Virus record (IMG/VR): IMGVR_UViG_3300043464_000452
Span: 1 to 62,182 of that record
Source of the DNA: a virus
Lineage: Duplodnaviria > Caudoviricetes
Strand: one strand, 5' to 3'
DNA length: 62,182 nt
The translations under genes and the position numbers were made by a program. The first letter of the stretch is position 1. Each line of letters starts with the position of its first letter. Under the pieces are notes generated by a model. It made no database searches, was not told the DNA's origin, and was given only the letters and a program-made list of their open reading frames with translations. This document shows, one piece after another, positions 48,081 through 58,900 of this stretch.

Positions 48081-48252
48081 GTGAGTTAGATGTTGTGCTA
48101 GTATCTGGGGTACTAGTTGTATTGGCAAACTTTATTGTCTCAAGGAGGATCAAAAGTAATGATGACTCGACTAAGGGTGGTAAGCTTCTGATTGAGGTGG
48201 CAAGTCTTGGACTGCTTATAGTATCATTTATTATTTATATAATTATAATATC

Positions 48253-48543
48253 ATGAAAATTGAAATCTTTAATAACTATTTAGACAACATCATCAAGCTT
48301 TACTCAATACCCAAGGACTGGATTTTCTCTAAGAATAAAAAGATGGAGGTGGTAGATGCAAGACACATGCTATACTACCTGTGTTCCAATCGTAAGATAC
48401 CTGTCAGCTACATACAGAGGTACATGGACATGAATGGGTATGTGATAGGTCACTCATCCATTATCCACGGGATCAAATCAATTGAGAGTAAAGTACAGGC
48501 AGACACAGACTACAAACAACTAATTAAAAATCTAGAGAAATGA
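48253..48543 (+). CDS. DnaA C-terminal-like HTH protein
   Basis: IFSK.K..EVVDARHMLYYL...HSSIIHG pattern. Confidence 0.65.
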   Translation: MKIEIFNNYLDNIIKLYSIPKDWIFSKNKKMEVVDARHMLYYLCSNRKIPVSYIQRYMDMNGYVIGHSSIIHGIKSIESKVQADTDYKQLIKNLEK

Positions 48544-49160
48544 AATCAGAAAAATCAGTATTCGACAGGCTATCAGCCATCAATGTGAACGAACATGTTG
48601 AGAAGAAGGACAACCTTACCTACCTATCGTGGGCATGGGCATGGTCAGTGACTAAGAAGGAGTGCCCAGATGCATCGTACACCATCCTAACTACGGACTA
48701 CGATGATGACCTTGGGTTCATGTGCCACACATCAGTAACAATTGAGGGTCAGACCCTAGAGATGTGGTTGCCTGTCATGGATGGGAAGAACAAGAGCATG
48801 AAGAAGAAGGCTTACTCATATGCTACCAAGTATGGAGACAAGCAGGTGGATGCAGCGACTACATTTGATATCAACAAGACCTTGATGCGTTGCTTGGTTA
48901 AGAACCTAGCGATGTTTGGATTGGGTATCTACATCTATGCCGGTGAGGATCTGCCTGATAGTGAGCCAAGGGTAGTGGAGCAGAGCACACCTACTAGGTT
49001 GGTGACATTGGTGAAGGACAGCGATGATTGGAAGAAGGTACTAAAGTATGTGGCTGACAACAAGAGCAAGGGACTATCCTTCATTGGCAAGCAGTTGACT
49101 ACCAAATATGACATCTCTGTGGAACTTAAGAAAGAAATAGCTGAACTATGCAATCAATAA
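48540..49160 (+). CDS. Sak/DUF1071-type single-strand annealing protein
   Basis: LTYLSWAWAW, WLPVMD, INK..MRCLVK.LAMFGLG.YIYAGEDLP. Confidence 0.8.
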   Translation: MKSEKSVFDRLSAINVNEHVEKKDNLTYLSWAWAWSVTKKECPDASYTILTTDYDDDLGFMCHTSVTIEGQTLEMWLPVMDGKNKSMKKKAYSYATKYGDKQVDAATTFDINKTLMRCLVKNLAMFGLGIYIYAGEDLPDSEPRVVEQSTPTRLVTLVKDSDDWKKVLKYVADNKSKGLSFIGKQLTTKYDISVELKKEIAELCNQ

Positions 49161-49879
49161 TCGATGAACTAAGGAATGATGATGAGTACTACAATGGGAA
49201 GGGTAGGTACTACCTATCCAACTCAGACATCTACTCATTGCTTACCAATCCTAAGCTATTTAGAGTGCCCTCTGGGGACTCCAAACACTTCCATGAGGGT
49301 AGACTATTCCATCAGCTAATTCTTGAGCCTGAGAAGGCTGTAATCGTGCCACAGGTGGATGTCAGTACACGGAATACAAAGGAGTACAAGACCTTTTGTG
49401 CTGACAACAACCTTGAGTTCGCCATGCTGACCAAGGAGTACGAGGATATCGTTCGGTTATCTGGTGTAATGAAGTCAAACTTCCAGTTCTACAATGACAT
49501 CTACAGGGAGGGCAACCTATACGAGGAGCCAATCATTGGTGAGATCAAGGGACTGCAATGGAAGGCGAAGGCTGACATAGTTACTAGCGATTCAATCATT
49601 GACTTGAAGACCACATCAGACATAAACAAGTTCAGATGGTCTGCAAAAAGCTACAACTACGACTCTCAGTGCTACATTTACCAGAAATTATTTGGAAAAC
49701 CGCTGTACTTTTACGTTATTGACAAGGAATCTGAGCAACTAGGTTTGTTCAGGCCATCCGAAGAGTTCGTAAGGGGTGGAGAAGCTAAGGTCGAGCGAGC
49801 AATGGAGGTATACTACAGGTACTACGGAGCAAATCCAACAGATGATATTGAGAATTACTTTATAAACGAAACACTTTAA
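49148..49879 (+). CDS. PD-(D/E)XK exonuclease (RecE/DUF3799-like)
   Basis: KAKADI....IIDLKTT, Y.YD.Q..IY. Confidence 0.8.
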   Translation: MQSIIDELRNDDEYYNGKGRYYLSNSDIYSLLTNPKLFRVPSGDSKHFHEGRLFHQLILEPEKAVIVPQVDVSTRNTKEYKTFCADNNLEFAMLTKEYEDIVRLSGVMKSNFQFYNDIYREGNLYEEPIIGEIKGLQWKAKADIVTSDSIIDLKTTSDINKFRWSAKSYNYDSQCYIYQKLFGKPLYFYVIDKESEQLGLFRPSEEFVRGGEAKVERAMEVYYRYYGANPTDDIENYFINETL

Positions 49880-50064
49880 TCAAATGGAAACACAAATAGA
49901 ATTTATAAGAGAGGGTCATTATTGGAAGGCTGGAGACACGGGACACATTCATGGATTTATTAATGAAAAATTATTAGTCCTTGCAATAATTGTATTGGAT
50001 AATGATGGGACATTTGTAACATCTTTATTGCAAAATTTCAAACGAGTATAAACGAAACAATCAA

Positions 50065-50331
50065 ATGGAAAAGAAAGACAAAATTTACGGAGGGAGTTCT
50101 AGAGTTATTCAGACTGAGTATGGAGCTCTTACAACAGTAAGCCAAAGCAAGAGGGAATTGCAGAATCTTTTAGCTTACGCTAACGATAACAACGTTGAGT
50201 ATGTTAACCTAAATATCGTTAAGAATAAAGATCAGGTTCCAAATAAACCTACCCACCACCTAGTGGTGAATACTTGGAAGCCAGATGGAAATAAGAAGGT
50301 GGCTGAGCCAACCAACCAGATGCCTTTCTAA
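50065..50331 (+). CDS. Putative ssDNA-binding protein
   Basis: Small, ends ...QMPF; follows SSAP-exonuclease pair. Confidence 0.4.
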   Translation: MEKKDKIYGGSSRVIQTEYGALTTVSQSKRELQNLLAYANDNNVEYVNLNIVKNKDQVPNKPTHHLVVNTWKPDGNKKVAEPTNQMPF

Positions 50332-50338
50332 TAAGAAT

Positions 50339-50368
50339 GGAGGGGGTAAAAGTCCCCCTCTTTTTTTT
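50339..50368 (+). terminator. Rho-independent terminator
   Basis: GAGGGG/CCCCTC stem plus T-run. Confidence 0.7.
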
Positions 50369-50375
50369 ATCCAGA

Positions 50376-50540
50376 CCATGTCGTTTTTATTTTTCCCTAT
50401 ATATATATATATACTACTTGTTTATTTATTGTTTCTTTGACTAGGAATAGGGGTTTAAATTGACATAATCGACATCAGTCTAAGTATCAGTAAGTTAACC
50501 TGACAAATCAAATACATTCATTAGACATTTATGACATATC
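50376..50540. repeat. Origin-like element copy B, abutting primase start
   Basis: Homologous to 41334-41500; (TA)n tract, repeated GACA motifs, IHF-like site. Confidence 0.7.
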
Positions 50541-52921
50541 AAGTAACGATATTCTCAAGCATCAAGGACACAGATACTCCATTCCACAGGAATATTAGCC
50601 TTATCCTTGACAGAATTAGATCTGGGTCATCAAAAGATCTGGTAAAAAGAATCAGAGCAGAGAAGAATAAGCAGGAGAGGAATGACTTGAAGAAGTTACT
50701 TCCTGCCATATGCTTCAGCGGTACATTCAACAAGAGAACAGACGCATCCCTGATGCAGCACTCAGGTTTGATTTGCCTAGACTTTGATGGCTACCAAAAG
50801 ACTAAGGACTTAACCGATGACAAGGAGAGGCTGTCCAAGAACAAGTACGTGTACTCCGTATTCATCTCTCCATCTGGCAATGGCCTTAAGGTACTGGTAA
50901 AGATACCAGCAGACCAAGACAACCACATCAACTACTTCAACAGCCTAGAGAAGCACTTCAATAGCCCATACTTTGACAAGACTAGCAAGAACGTATCACG
51001 TGTATGCTACGAGTCATATGATGCATTGATTTATGTGAACGAGAATTCATCTGTCTGGGACAAGATTGAGGATCTTGAGTACAAGGAGGTTAGTAAGATT
51101 AAGGACAAGCTAACCATACCCATCACTGATGAGAACAAGGTGGTTGACATCTTGGTGAAGTGGTGGATGAAGAAGTACCCAATGGTTGAGGGGCAGCGGA
51201 ACCATAACGTGTACATCCTAGCGATGGCGTTCAATGACTTCGGAATAAACAAGAGTCTTGCATCCTATGTGCTGAACCAGTACGCTACTGAAGACTTCCC
51301 TGTAAGTGAGATAGGTGCTGCAATTGACTCAGCCTATCGGCACACTGCCAACTTTGGTACTAAGTACTACGAGGATGAGGAGCAGGTAAACTCCATCAAG
51401 GCCAAGCTAAGAAGGGGTGTATCAAAAAAAGAAATACGTATTCAGCTACAGGACTCTCAACTGGATACGGATACTATTGAAGCAGTCTTGACCAAGGTGG
51501 AGGAGGAGAACGCAAAGAAAACATTCTGGGAAAAGAGCGAGAAGGGAGTCGTTAGAATAGTACACATTCTACTCAAGCAGTTCCTTGAGGATCATGGGTT
51601 CTATAAGTTCTGCCCTGAGGGAGGAAAGAACTACGTGTTCGTCAAAGTAACCGACAACCTGATAGACCACACCTCTGAGAAGGAGATGAAGGACTACGTT
51701 CTGACCCACCTGATGGAGCTGGATGACATTGGGGTATACAACTACTTCGCTGACAACACTAGGTTCTTCAAGGAGGAGTTCTTATCCATGCTGTCAACCA
51801 TAGACATCTTATTCATTGAGGATACCAAGGATACGGCCTACCTGTACTACAAGAACTGTGCTGTGCAGGTTACCAAGACTGGTGTGAAGGCTATCGACTA
51901 CCTTGACTTGGGTGGATACGTGTGGAATGACCACGTGATTGACCGCAACTTCATCATGTGCGATGTAACAGATGCTTGCGACTACAAGAAGTTCATACGC
52001 AACATCTGTGGGGATGATGATGGCAGGGTACAGGCGATGGAGAGTAACATAGGGTTCCTAATGCATGGCTACAAGAACCTAAGCTTCTGTCCGGCAGTTA
52101 TCCTTAACGATGAGGTGATTAGCGACAACCCTGAGGGTGGCACAGGCAAGGGTCTGTTCATGAACGCACTAGCAAAGATGAAGAAGGTGGTAACGATTGA
52201 TGGTAAGTCATTCACATTTGAGCGGAGCTTCGCCTACCAGCTGGTGTCTGCTGATACCCAGATCCTAGTGTTCGATGATGTGAAGAAGTACTTTGAATTT
52301 GAGCGGTTGTTTAGCGTGGTAACTGAAGGGTTAACTCTGGAGAAGAAGAACAAGGATGCAATAAAGATCCCATTCAGCAAGTCACCAAAGATTGCCATCA
52401 CTACTAACTATGCCATCAAGGGATCGGGAAACAGCTTTGCAAGACGTAAGTCTGAGCTGGAGCTACACCAGTACTACTCCAAGTCATTCACTCCATTGGA
52501 TGAGTTTGGTAAGCTAATGTTCGGGGACTGGAACGATGATGACTGGTGTGAGTTTGACAACTACATGATTGGTTGCCTATCCAGATACCTGCATACAGGT
52601 ATAGTGAAGAGTAATTTCGTGAACCTAAAGATTAGACAGCTATCTGCTGAGACCTCTCATGACTTCATTGAGTGGTGTGGTCTGGTGGAGGGTCAGCCCA
52701 AGAACAACACGCTTGAGCCAGAGACAAGGCTGTACAAGAACGATTTGTACAATGACTTCGTGAACGAGTACCCTGACTACGGACCAAAGTCTAAGATGAC
52801 CATCAGCAGGACTAAGTTCTACAAGTGGTTGGTTGCCTATGGTCTGTTCAAGTATGGAGTTGCACCTGAGGAGGGGCGTGACATGATGGGCAGGTGGATC
52901 ATAATTCATTCAAATGATTGA
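50531..52921 (+). CDS. Primase-helicase (BT4734/VirE-N-like primase domain, PriCT, SF3-type helicase)
   Basis: LICLDFD, FISPSGNGLK, G.RN, Walker A GGTGKG, Walker B LVFDD, ITTN. Confidence 0.85.
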   Translation: MTYQVTIFSSIKDTDTPFHRNISLILDRIRSGSSKDLVKRIRAEKNKQERNDLKKLLPAICFSGTFNKRTDASLMQHSGLICLDFDGYQKTKDLTDDKERLSKNKYVYSVFISPSGNGLKVLVKIPADQDNHINYFNSLEKHFNSPYFDKTSKNVSRVCYESYDALIYVNENSSVWDKIEDLEYKEVSKIKDKLTIPITDENKVVDILVKWWMKKYPMVEGQRNHNVYILAMAFNDFGINKSLASYVLNQYATEDFPVSEIGAAIDSAYRHTANFGTKYYEDEEQVNSIKAKLRRGVSKKEIRIQLQDSQLDTDTIEAVLTKVEEENAKKTFWEKSEKGVVRIVHILLKQFLEDHGFYKFCPEGGKNYVFVKVTDNLIDHTSEKEMKDYVLTHLMELDDIGVYNYFADNTRFFKEEFLSMLSTIDILFIEDTKDTAYLYYKNCAVQVTKTGVKAIDYLDLGGYVWNDHVIDRNFIMCDVTDACDYKKFIRNICGDDDGRVQAMESNIGFLMHGYKNLSFCPAVILNDEVISDNPEGGTGKGLFMNALAKMKKVVTIDGKSFTFERSFAYQLVSADTQILVFDDVKKYFEFERLFSVVTEGLTLEKKNKDAIKIPFSKSPKIAITTNYAIKGSGNSFARRKSELELHQYYSKSFTPLDEFGKLMFGDWNDDDWCEFDNYMIGCLSRYLHTGIVKSNFVNLKIRQLSAETSHDFIEWCGLVEGQPKNNTLEPETRLYKNDLYNDFVNEYPDYGPKSKMTISRTKFYKWLVAYGLFKYGVAPEEGRDMMGRWIIIHSND

Positions 52922-54281
52922 GAGAGTACCCGGCTATTCGGATGAGCAGATGCTACGCTACTGCGGTACACTTTACAATGTTGTATCAAAGGACAAGTCT
53001 GCTGACCCAGATGTACTAACTAATATAAAGAATTGCCTATCTCATTACGGAACAAGAAGCATGGAGTTTAGACCATACCAGAGGGACATAATATCGCAGG
53101 GGGCACGAGCCATAGAGGAACATGGCTTTGTGTACCTAGCGATGGAGGTACGTACAGGCAAGACCTTGACCAGCCTTGGCATAGCCAGTGAGTGCGGAGC
53201 AAAGTCTGTGCTGTTCGTGACCAAGAAGAAGGCCATCGGCAGCATCGAGAAGGACTATGATCTGCTACAGCCTAGCTACCAGATAAAGGTGGTCAACTAC
53301 GAGAGCCTCCACAACGTGGTAGATAGCTTCAAATTTGATCTAATAGTCATCGATGAGGCACATAGTATAGGTGCGTTCCCAAAGCCCAGCAATCGGGCTG
53401 TAATGATGCGACACGCCATCTCTAAGTATATACCTAAGGTGATACTCATGTCGGGAACACCGACACCGGAGAGTTACTCACAGATGTACCACCAGGTGTA
53501 CGGAATACCTGGCAATCCATTCAAGCGGTTCGTTAACTTCTATAAGTTTGCTGAGGTGCATGTGAGAGTGAAGCAGAAGAACATTAATGGCCTGTTCATC
53601 AATGACTACAGCACTGGGTTGGACAGCATCATCGAGGAGATGCAGCCACACATGATAAGTTTCTCACAGAAGGAGGCAGGGTTCGTGTCATCAGTTACTG
53701 AGGAAATCCTAGAGGTGGAGATGAAGGAGTCTACCATGCAGCTTATCAAGAAGCTAAAGAGGGACCTCGTGATTGAGGGCAAGACTGAGGTGATACTGGC
53801 AGACACGGCAGTGAAGTTAATGATGAAGGTACACCAGCTATGCAGTGGCACGATTAAGTTTGAGAGCGGTAACAGCATGGTGCTTGACACCACCAAGGCT
53901 GAGTTCATTAAACAAAAATTTCAAGGAAGTAAGATAGGCATCTTCTATAAATTTAAGGAAGAGCTGTCTGCCCTAAAGGATGTGTTTGGTGATGAGTTAA
54001 CAACTGATCTTAGTATATTTGAGAGCACAGATAAAAGCATTGCTCTTCAGATAGTTAGTGGCAGGGAGGGGATAAGCCTAAGGCAAGCCAAGTACTTGGT
54101 GTACTACAACATTGACTTCAGTGCTACTAGTTACTGGCAGAGCAGGGACAGGATGACAACTAAGGATCGTTCGTTCAACCATGTCTACTGGGTATTCAGT
54201 AAGGGAGGCATTGAGCATGACGTGTACAAGACAGTGATAAAGAAAAAGGACTACACAGTTAATCATTTTAAGAATACATAA
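52914..54281 (+). CDS. SF2 (SNF2-like) helicase
   Basis: RTGKT, DEAH, SGTP, Q..DR motifs. Confidence 0.85.
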   Translation: MIERVPGYSDEQMLRYCGTLYNVVSKDKSADPDVLTNIKNCLSHYGTRSMEFRPYQRDIISQGARAIEEHGFVYLAMEVRTGKTLTSLGIASECGAKSVLFVTKKKAIGSIEKDYDLLQPSYQIKVVNYESLHNVVDSFKFDLIVIDEAHSIGAFPKPSNRAVMMRHAISKYIPKVILMSGTPTPESYSQMYHQVYGIPGNPFKRFVNFYKFAEVHVRVKQKNINGLFINDYSTGLDSIIEEMQPHMISFSQKEAGFVSSVTEEILEVEMKESTMQLIKKLKRDLVIEGKTEVILADTAVKLMMKVHQLCSGTIKFESGNSMVLDTTKAEFIKQKFQGSKIGIFYKFKEELSALKDVFGDELTTDLSIFESTDKSIALQIVSGREGISLRQAKYLVYYNIDFSATSYWQSRDRMTTKDRSFNHVYWVFSKGGIEHDVYKTVIKKKDYTVNHFKNT

Positions 54282-54607
54282 TGGAAAAGATTTGGAACTA
54301 CGTATTTCATTGGAATGAATACACACAGAAGTGGTACGCTGTACACAGGGACAGGTACCTAGAGTATTGGAATACTGACAAGGAGAACTTCCTATCAGAT
54401 GAGAACATAAACAATTTAATTATTAAACTAACAAACACATGAAAAAATTACTAACAGAAAGATTCTACAATGCCTTAATCTATGATCAGGTATCAAGCAC
54501 AAAGTGGCAGTCTCCATTTTCTGACAACTCAGATTATCATAACAGAGTTAGAAAAGATGCGGAGAGATTAGCAGAGATTGCTATCAATGAATTGAAGAAA
54601 TGAAGTA

Positions 54608-54799
54608 ATGAGTCCGGACATAACAATGTGCGTGGGGACAAATTGTCCCTACAAAGAAAGCTGCTACCGCTTTACGGCAAAGCCTAGTGACTATCAATCC
54701 TACTTCACAAATCCACCTATTAAGGATGGTAAATGTGATTATTATTGGGGAGATTTAAGCGAAGCTATTTGGGGTCAACTAAAAGATATAATGAAATGA
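54608..54799 (+). CDS. Small Cys-rich hypothetical protein
   Basis: DITMC...CP....CYR...QSYF...C pattern. Confidence 0.6.
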   Translation: MSPDITMCVGTNCPYKESCYRFTAKPSDYQSYFTNPPIKDGKCDYYWGDLSEAIWGQLKDIMK

Positions 54800-54999
54800 C
54801 AATCTATCTAGGTGACCAAGCAAAGAAGTTATTCTACATGAGAGAGGTTCCTGTAGGATCAATAGGTGTGTTCCAATCACACGTAGGTGAGTGGCTGTAT
54901 TGGTACAGCGATGGGTTCACTTATGATACAGGGTTTGCTGATACTGAGGCAGAGGCATTGATGATTTCTAAGAGGAACTTTAGGCCATACAAAAAGTAA
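54796..54999 (+). CDS. Hypothetical protein
   Basis: Likely ATGA-coupled start at 54796. Confidence 0.5.
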   Translation: MTIYLGDQAKKLFYMREVPVGSIGVFQSHVGEWLYWYSDGFTYDTGFADTEAEALMISKRNFRPYKK

Positions 55000-55076
55000 T
55001 GGCGGTAATGTTGGCGGTAATGGCGGTAATAAATATGGTACGTTTAGGGTATAAATAGGGTATAAAAGGGGTATAA
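55000..55076 (+). repeat. Two short direct-repeat triplets (TGGCGGTAAT x3, GGGTATAA x3)
   Basis: Copies at 55000/55012/55021 and 55047/55058/55069. Confidence 0.85.
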
Positions 55077-55330
55077 TGACAGAGCAGCAGGTACAGACTA
55101 AGTTAATGAAGGACCTGGAGGATCAGGGGTACTATGTAATCAAGTTGATTAAGACCAACAAGAATGGTATCCCTGACCTTATAGCCATACCTAAGGATAG
55201 TGATGTTGAGTTCTACGAGGTGAAGCGAGCCACTGGAAAGCCAAGTAAACTACAGGAATATAGAATCAAAGAACTACAGAAACATGGAATTAAAGCGGAA
55301 CTCTTTTATGGAGGATCAGAAAAAAATTAA
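55076..55330 (+). CDS. VRR-NUC nuclease/Holliday junction resolvase-like
   Basis: E..Q, GIPDL, EVK, S.LQ motifs. Confidence 0.8.
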   Translation: MTEQQVQTKLMKDLEDQGYYVIKLIKTNKNGIPDLIAIPKDSDVEFYEVKRATGKPSKLQEYRIKELQKHGIKAELFYGGSEKN

Positions 55331-55769
55331 GGCACTGAAGGACATAATAGAACTAGTCACTGGTGTAAGGGTAATCTCTGACTCAAGACACAGATCACAG
55401 GTTGAAGCTAGAATTATATTTGCCTCAATGCTAAAGGATATGGACATGCATGTAGAGAGCATAGCATACAACCTAAAGAAGAGCAAGTATGCTGCTCAAT
55501 ATTATTTAAACAAGTGCGATGACCTTGCAGAGGTGGATAAAGAATTCAGATTAAAGTATCTTAAATGTAAGGAGATGGCTGTCATGAATAAATTTAAGGA
55601 CGAACCTGTAAATTCATACAATATTGTTGGTAGATTAGTGCAAGAGAATGAGGCACTTAAGCAGGAGATTAGATTACTCAAAGAAAGAATGAGACCTATT
55701 TACAATTTTATAACTGAGAAAGAATGGATGCAAGCCTCCAACAAGAAAGAGACAGAGCTGAAAGGATAG
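55308..55769 (+). CDS. Second DnaA-CTD-like HTH protein with coiled coil
   Basis: SDSRHRSQVEARIIF pattern; start uncertain. Confidence 0.45.
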   Translation: MEDQKKIKALKDIIELVTGVRVISDSRHRSQVEARIIFASMLKDMDMHVESIAYNLKKSKYAAQYYLNKCDDLAEVDKEFRLKYLKCKEMAVMNKFKDEPVNSYNIVGRLVQENEALKQEIRLLKERMRPIYNFITEKEWMQASNKKETELKG

Positions 55770-55921
55770 CCTTCACTACAGAAGGATTCCATGCCAGCGT
55801 TGCCGAGATTTACGAGAAGCTCGTGGACAGGGAGTACGGGTCAGTTAAGGATGAGGTGAAGTCCTTGATAAAAGACCTGAGAGATATCATCAAGACAATA
55901 GAATATGATGAGGACTTTTAG
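55724..55921 (+). CDS. Hypothetical protein
   Basis: ORF track; converges on the giant gene. Confidence 0.5.
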   Translation: MDASLQQERDRAERIAFTTEGFHASVAEIYEKLVDREYGSVKDEVKSLIKDLRDIIKTIEYDEDF

Positions 55922-58900
55922 TCCCCACCATACAACTGGTCCTTCATCTTCTTTTTAAACTCTCTCTGCTCCTTCTCGAAGGCTTTCACTTCCTGCTCTA
56001 CTTCATACGCAGCAGACCCTGGTCCATACATCTGGTTATATAACTCAGGGTTATACTTTTTCATGTCGGTCTTATTCATCCCTCCACCCCTGCTGCTTCC
56101 TCTGCCTCCAGATGACTTCTTCTTGGCAGGTGCTTCTCCTTTGTAAACTTCAGCTACTCCTGCCTCCTCTTTTAGATTCTTCATCAAAGTTTTAATCCTG
56201 TTATATGCAGGGATTGATGTGCCATAAAATACGTTTAGTACCGCCTGAATTATAGTGAAGGATGTATTCAAAGCCAACACTTGAAGTTCTTCATCTTTGG
56301 TTAAACTTTGTATACCATTCTTTTCTACCTTATCGTATATAGCTTTGATTTCATTTTTAGTACCAATTAAATCATTATATCTATCTGCAATCATAACGAA
56401 CTGAGGTACAAATCTAGCTATAGCAACTAACGCTTTATCTTTTCCAATGAAACTATCTACATCTTCAACTGGAAGAGGATCAACAAATACACTATTCTTC
56501 AAAATCTTTTTAATCTTAGCCTTCTGATCCTCATCATCTGTAGATTCAATTGCTATCGTAGCAGCTAATTGAAGTAAAGCCTTCCCACCAGCAGAGTACT
56601 TACTAGCCACAAGAGATGCGGCATTTGATGCAAATTCCTCTAGTGCTCCTTGTGGTGTAAGTAATGATTCAAGAATTTCATTTCCTCTCTCCTCATCATC
56701 CTCATCTCCAAGCAAAATAAGTTGTCCTGCATAGGCTAGAGTTCCAAGGAATCCATAGGCTGCTAGATTTAGAGATACACCAAGTGGCTTTTGTAGCTTG
56801 CTCAATGAGCCCCTAACATCTCCTTTTCTTATAAGCTCAGCAGACTCTTTAAATCCATTTATGAATTCAGTGGTCTCTCTATATGGATAGTTACTAAAGA
56901 ATCCTAGTATCTTACCGGCAATGCCACTCTTAGACACAGTACCTTCTCTACCAAAAATACCAGCCAAAAACTTTGGTAATATTCTTATCTCACGTCTCTG
57001 CCCAGCCTTAGTTGTTGGACCAATAATCTTCTCAGTCTGAGTATCAGCCACAGCAGACGCTTCTCTAATAGCCTTGCCATACTTCTCTCTGTAGGCTGAG
57101 CTGTCATTGAACTTGTTGATATCAAACTTCTCACCTGTGATATTCTGAAACTCACTAGCGAATGTTGGCATCCATGAGGTAACCATCATCGTTCTTTCTG
57201 GAAGACCAGATAGATACGTAGTCATCTTAGTTAATCTACTCTGAGGCTCTATACTTCCTTCATTGATGTCAATAGCCTTGTTAATATTCTCTCTTAATCT
57301 AAGCGGACTATCAGTGAACTCAAGAAGTTTACTCATTTTTTTCTGCTCACCAAACAAAGCCTTGTAACCTGAGAACATTTTCTCAGCTCTAGTTGGGAAA
57401 GATACAGCAGTGGCTCCTAATTCTACACCTGTACGTACAGGGTCCAGCAATGTCTGAGCCGCTCTAGCAGCAAGCAATGTATCAAATATCAAATTACTTT
57501 CAGCTCTTTCAAACTCATAAGCCAATGCATCTGATAGCGTGTAGGATATGGTATCTAGTAACTCAAGTTTATCTTTGTTTATTTTTTTTCTGACTCCAGA
57601 TAAAGTATTGTTTATATCCTTAAGTGCTTTAGATAAGAAGTAATCTCTACTAGTTTGCTCTAGTCCTTTTATGAATAGAGTTTCAAAGTTAGTCATGATA
57701 GGACCAACAGCCTCACTTACTCTCTCCTTACCTGTACCAGCTTTGACTCTAACTACACCACTCTCATAAGATGATGTTGGTGCAATCTGAGTCTTGCCAC
57801 CATCAAGTCTAACCCTCATCATGTGGAATGGAATCTCTTTGAATGAAGCCCCATTAATCTCGTTAGCAATCTTTTGCTTTGGTGTAATTTCAGATGCCTT
57901 ATATTTCATTACATCATCAAAGAATGCTTTCTCCTTCTTATTGAAGAACTTACCATCATCATCGATGTAACTATCATATACTGCTTTAGGGTCTACATTA
58001 CCATCTTTGTCTTTAGGAAGGCTCTTCCAAATCTTCTCAATTACATCTATGTCTGATGACCCAAGTCCAATCATTTTTTTAAGTGATGGCTTTCCAGTTG
58101 AGTACTTACTTCGCATAGACTTGTCGCTCAATATTTCCTTGAACCAGTCACGCTTTCCGATATTATCAACACCCTTATTCTTAGGATCAAACTGAGCCAT
58201 GTACTCCTGTAGATATGTGGTTAGCATACCTATCTTATTCATTTGCTCATTATCAATATCATACTTCTTCTTAAGCTTTAAGAACTCATCAAAGCTTTTT
58301 CTCATTGAGTTCTCATAGGATGCAATAGCCCTGTTGAATGGAGATACAATAAACTTTTGTAGTGCTCCTGCCTTAGCTCTTCCCATTCCAAGAAGCCCTT
58401 CCCAGAATGAACTTTCATTTTCAGATAGTTCTTTTCTTCCTTCAGTAGAAGTCATGTCGAACTTAGAGTCATCAATTTGCTTAGCAAGTGGATCAATACC
58501 ACTGCTTGTATATGCTCTAGATACAACATCACTGAATCTATATGGGTCAATCTCTCCGTTGCTTATGTTATATAGCAAATCATTTAGAACAAATAAGTCC
58601 TCAGGAGATAGACTCTTAAGGTCAGCATCGCTAAGTTCTAGGTACCTACGAATCAAATCATTCTCCTCATTACTGAATTGAGGATTAGTCTTTGGTCTCT
58701 GGGTCTTTATCTCAGATATTAAATCGCTCTTTATCTTTTTAATTTGTTCTGCATACTTCTCCTCGATTTTGGATTGATCCTTTCCAGCTCCATCAATCAA
58801 GTCATTATATTCTTCTTGAGAAATAGCTTCATTCTTTAGTAGTTGATATGCCTTTCTTTTAAATGAATTGATATCTTTTATAAGTGCTACATAGTCTTCT

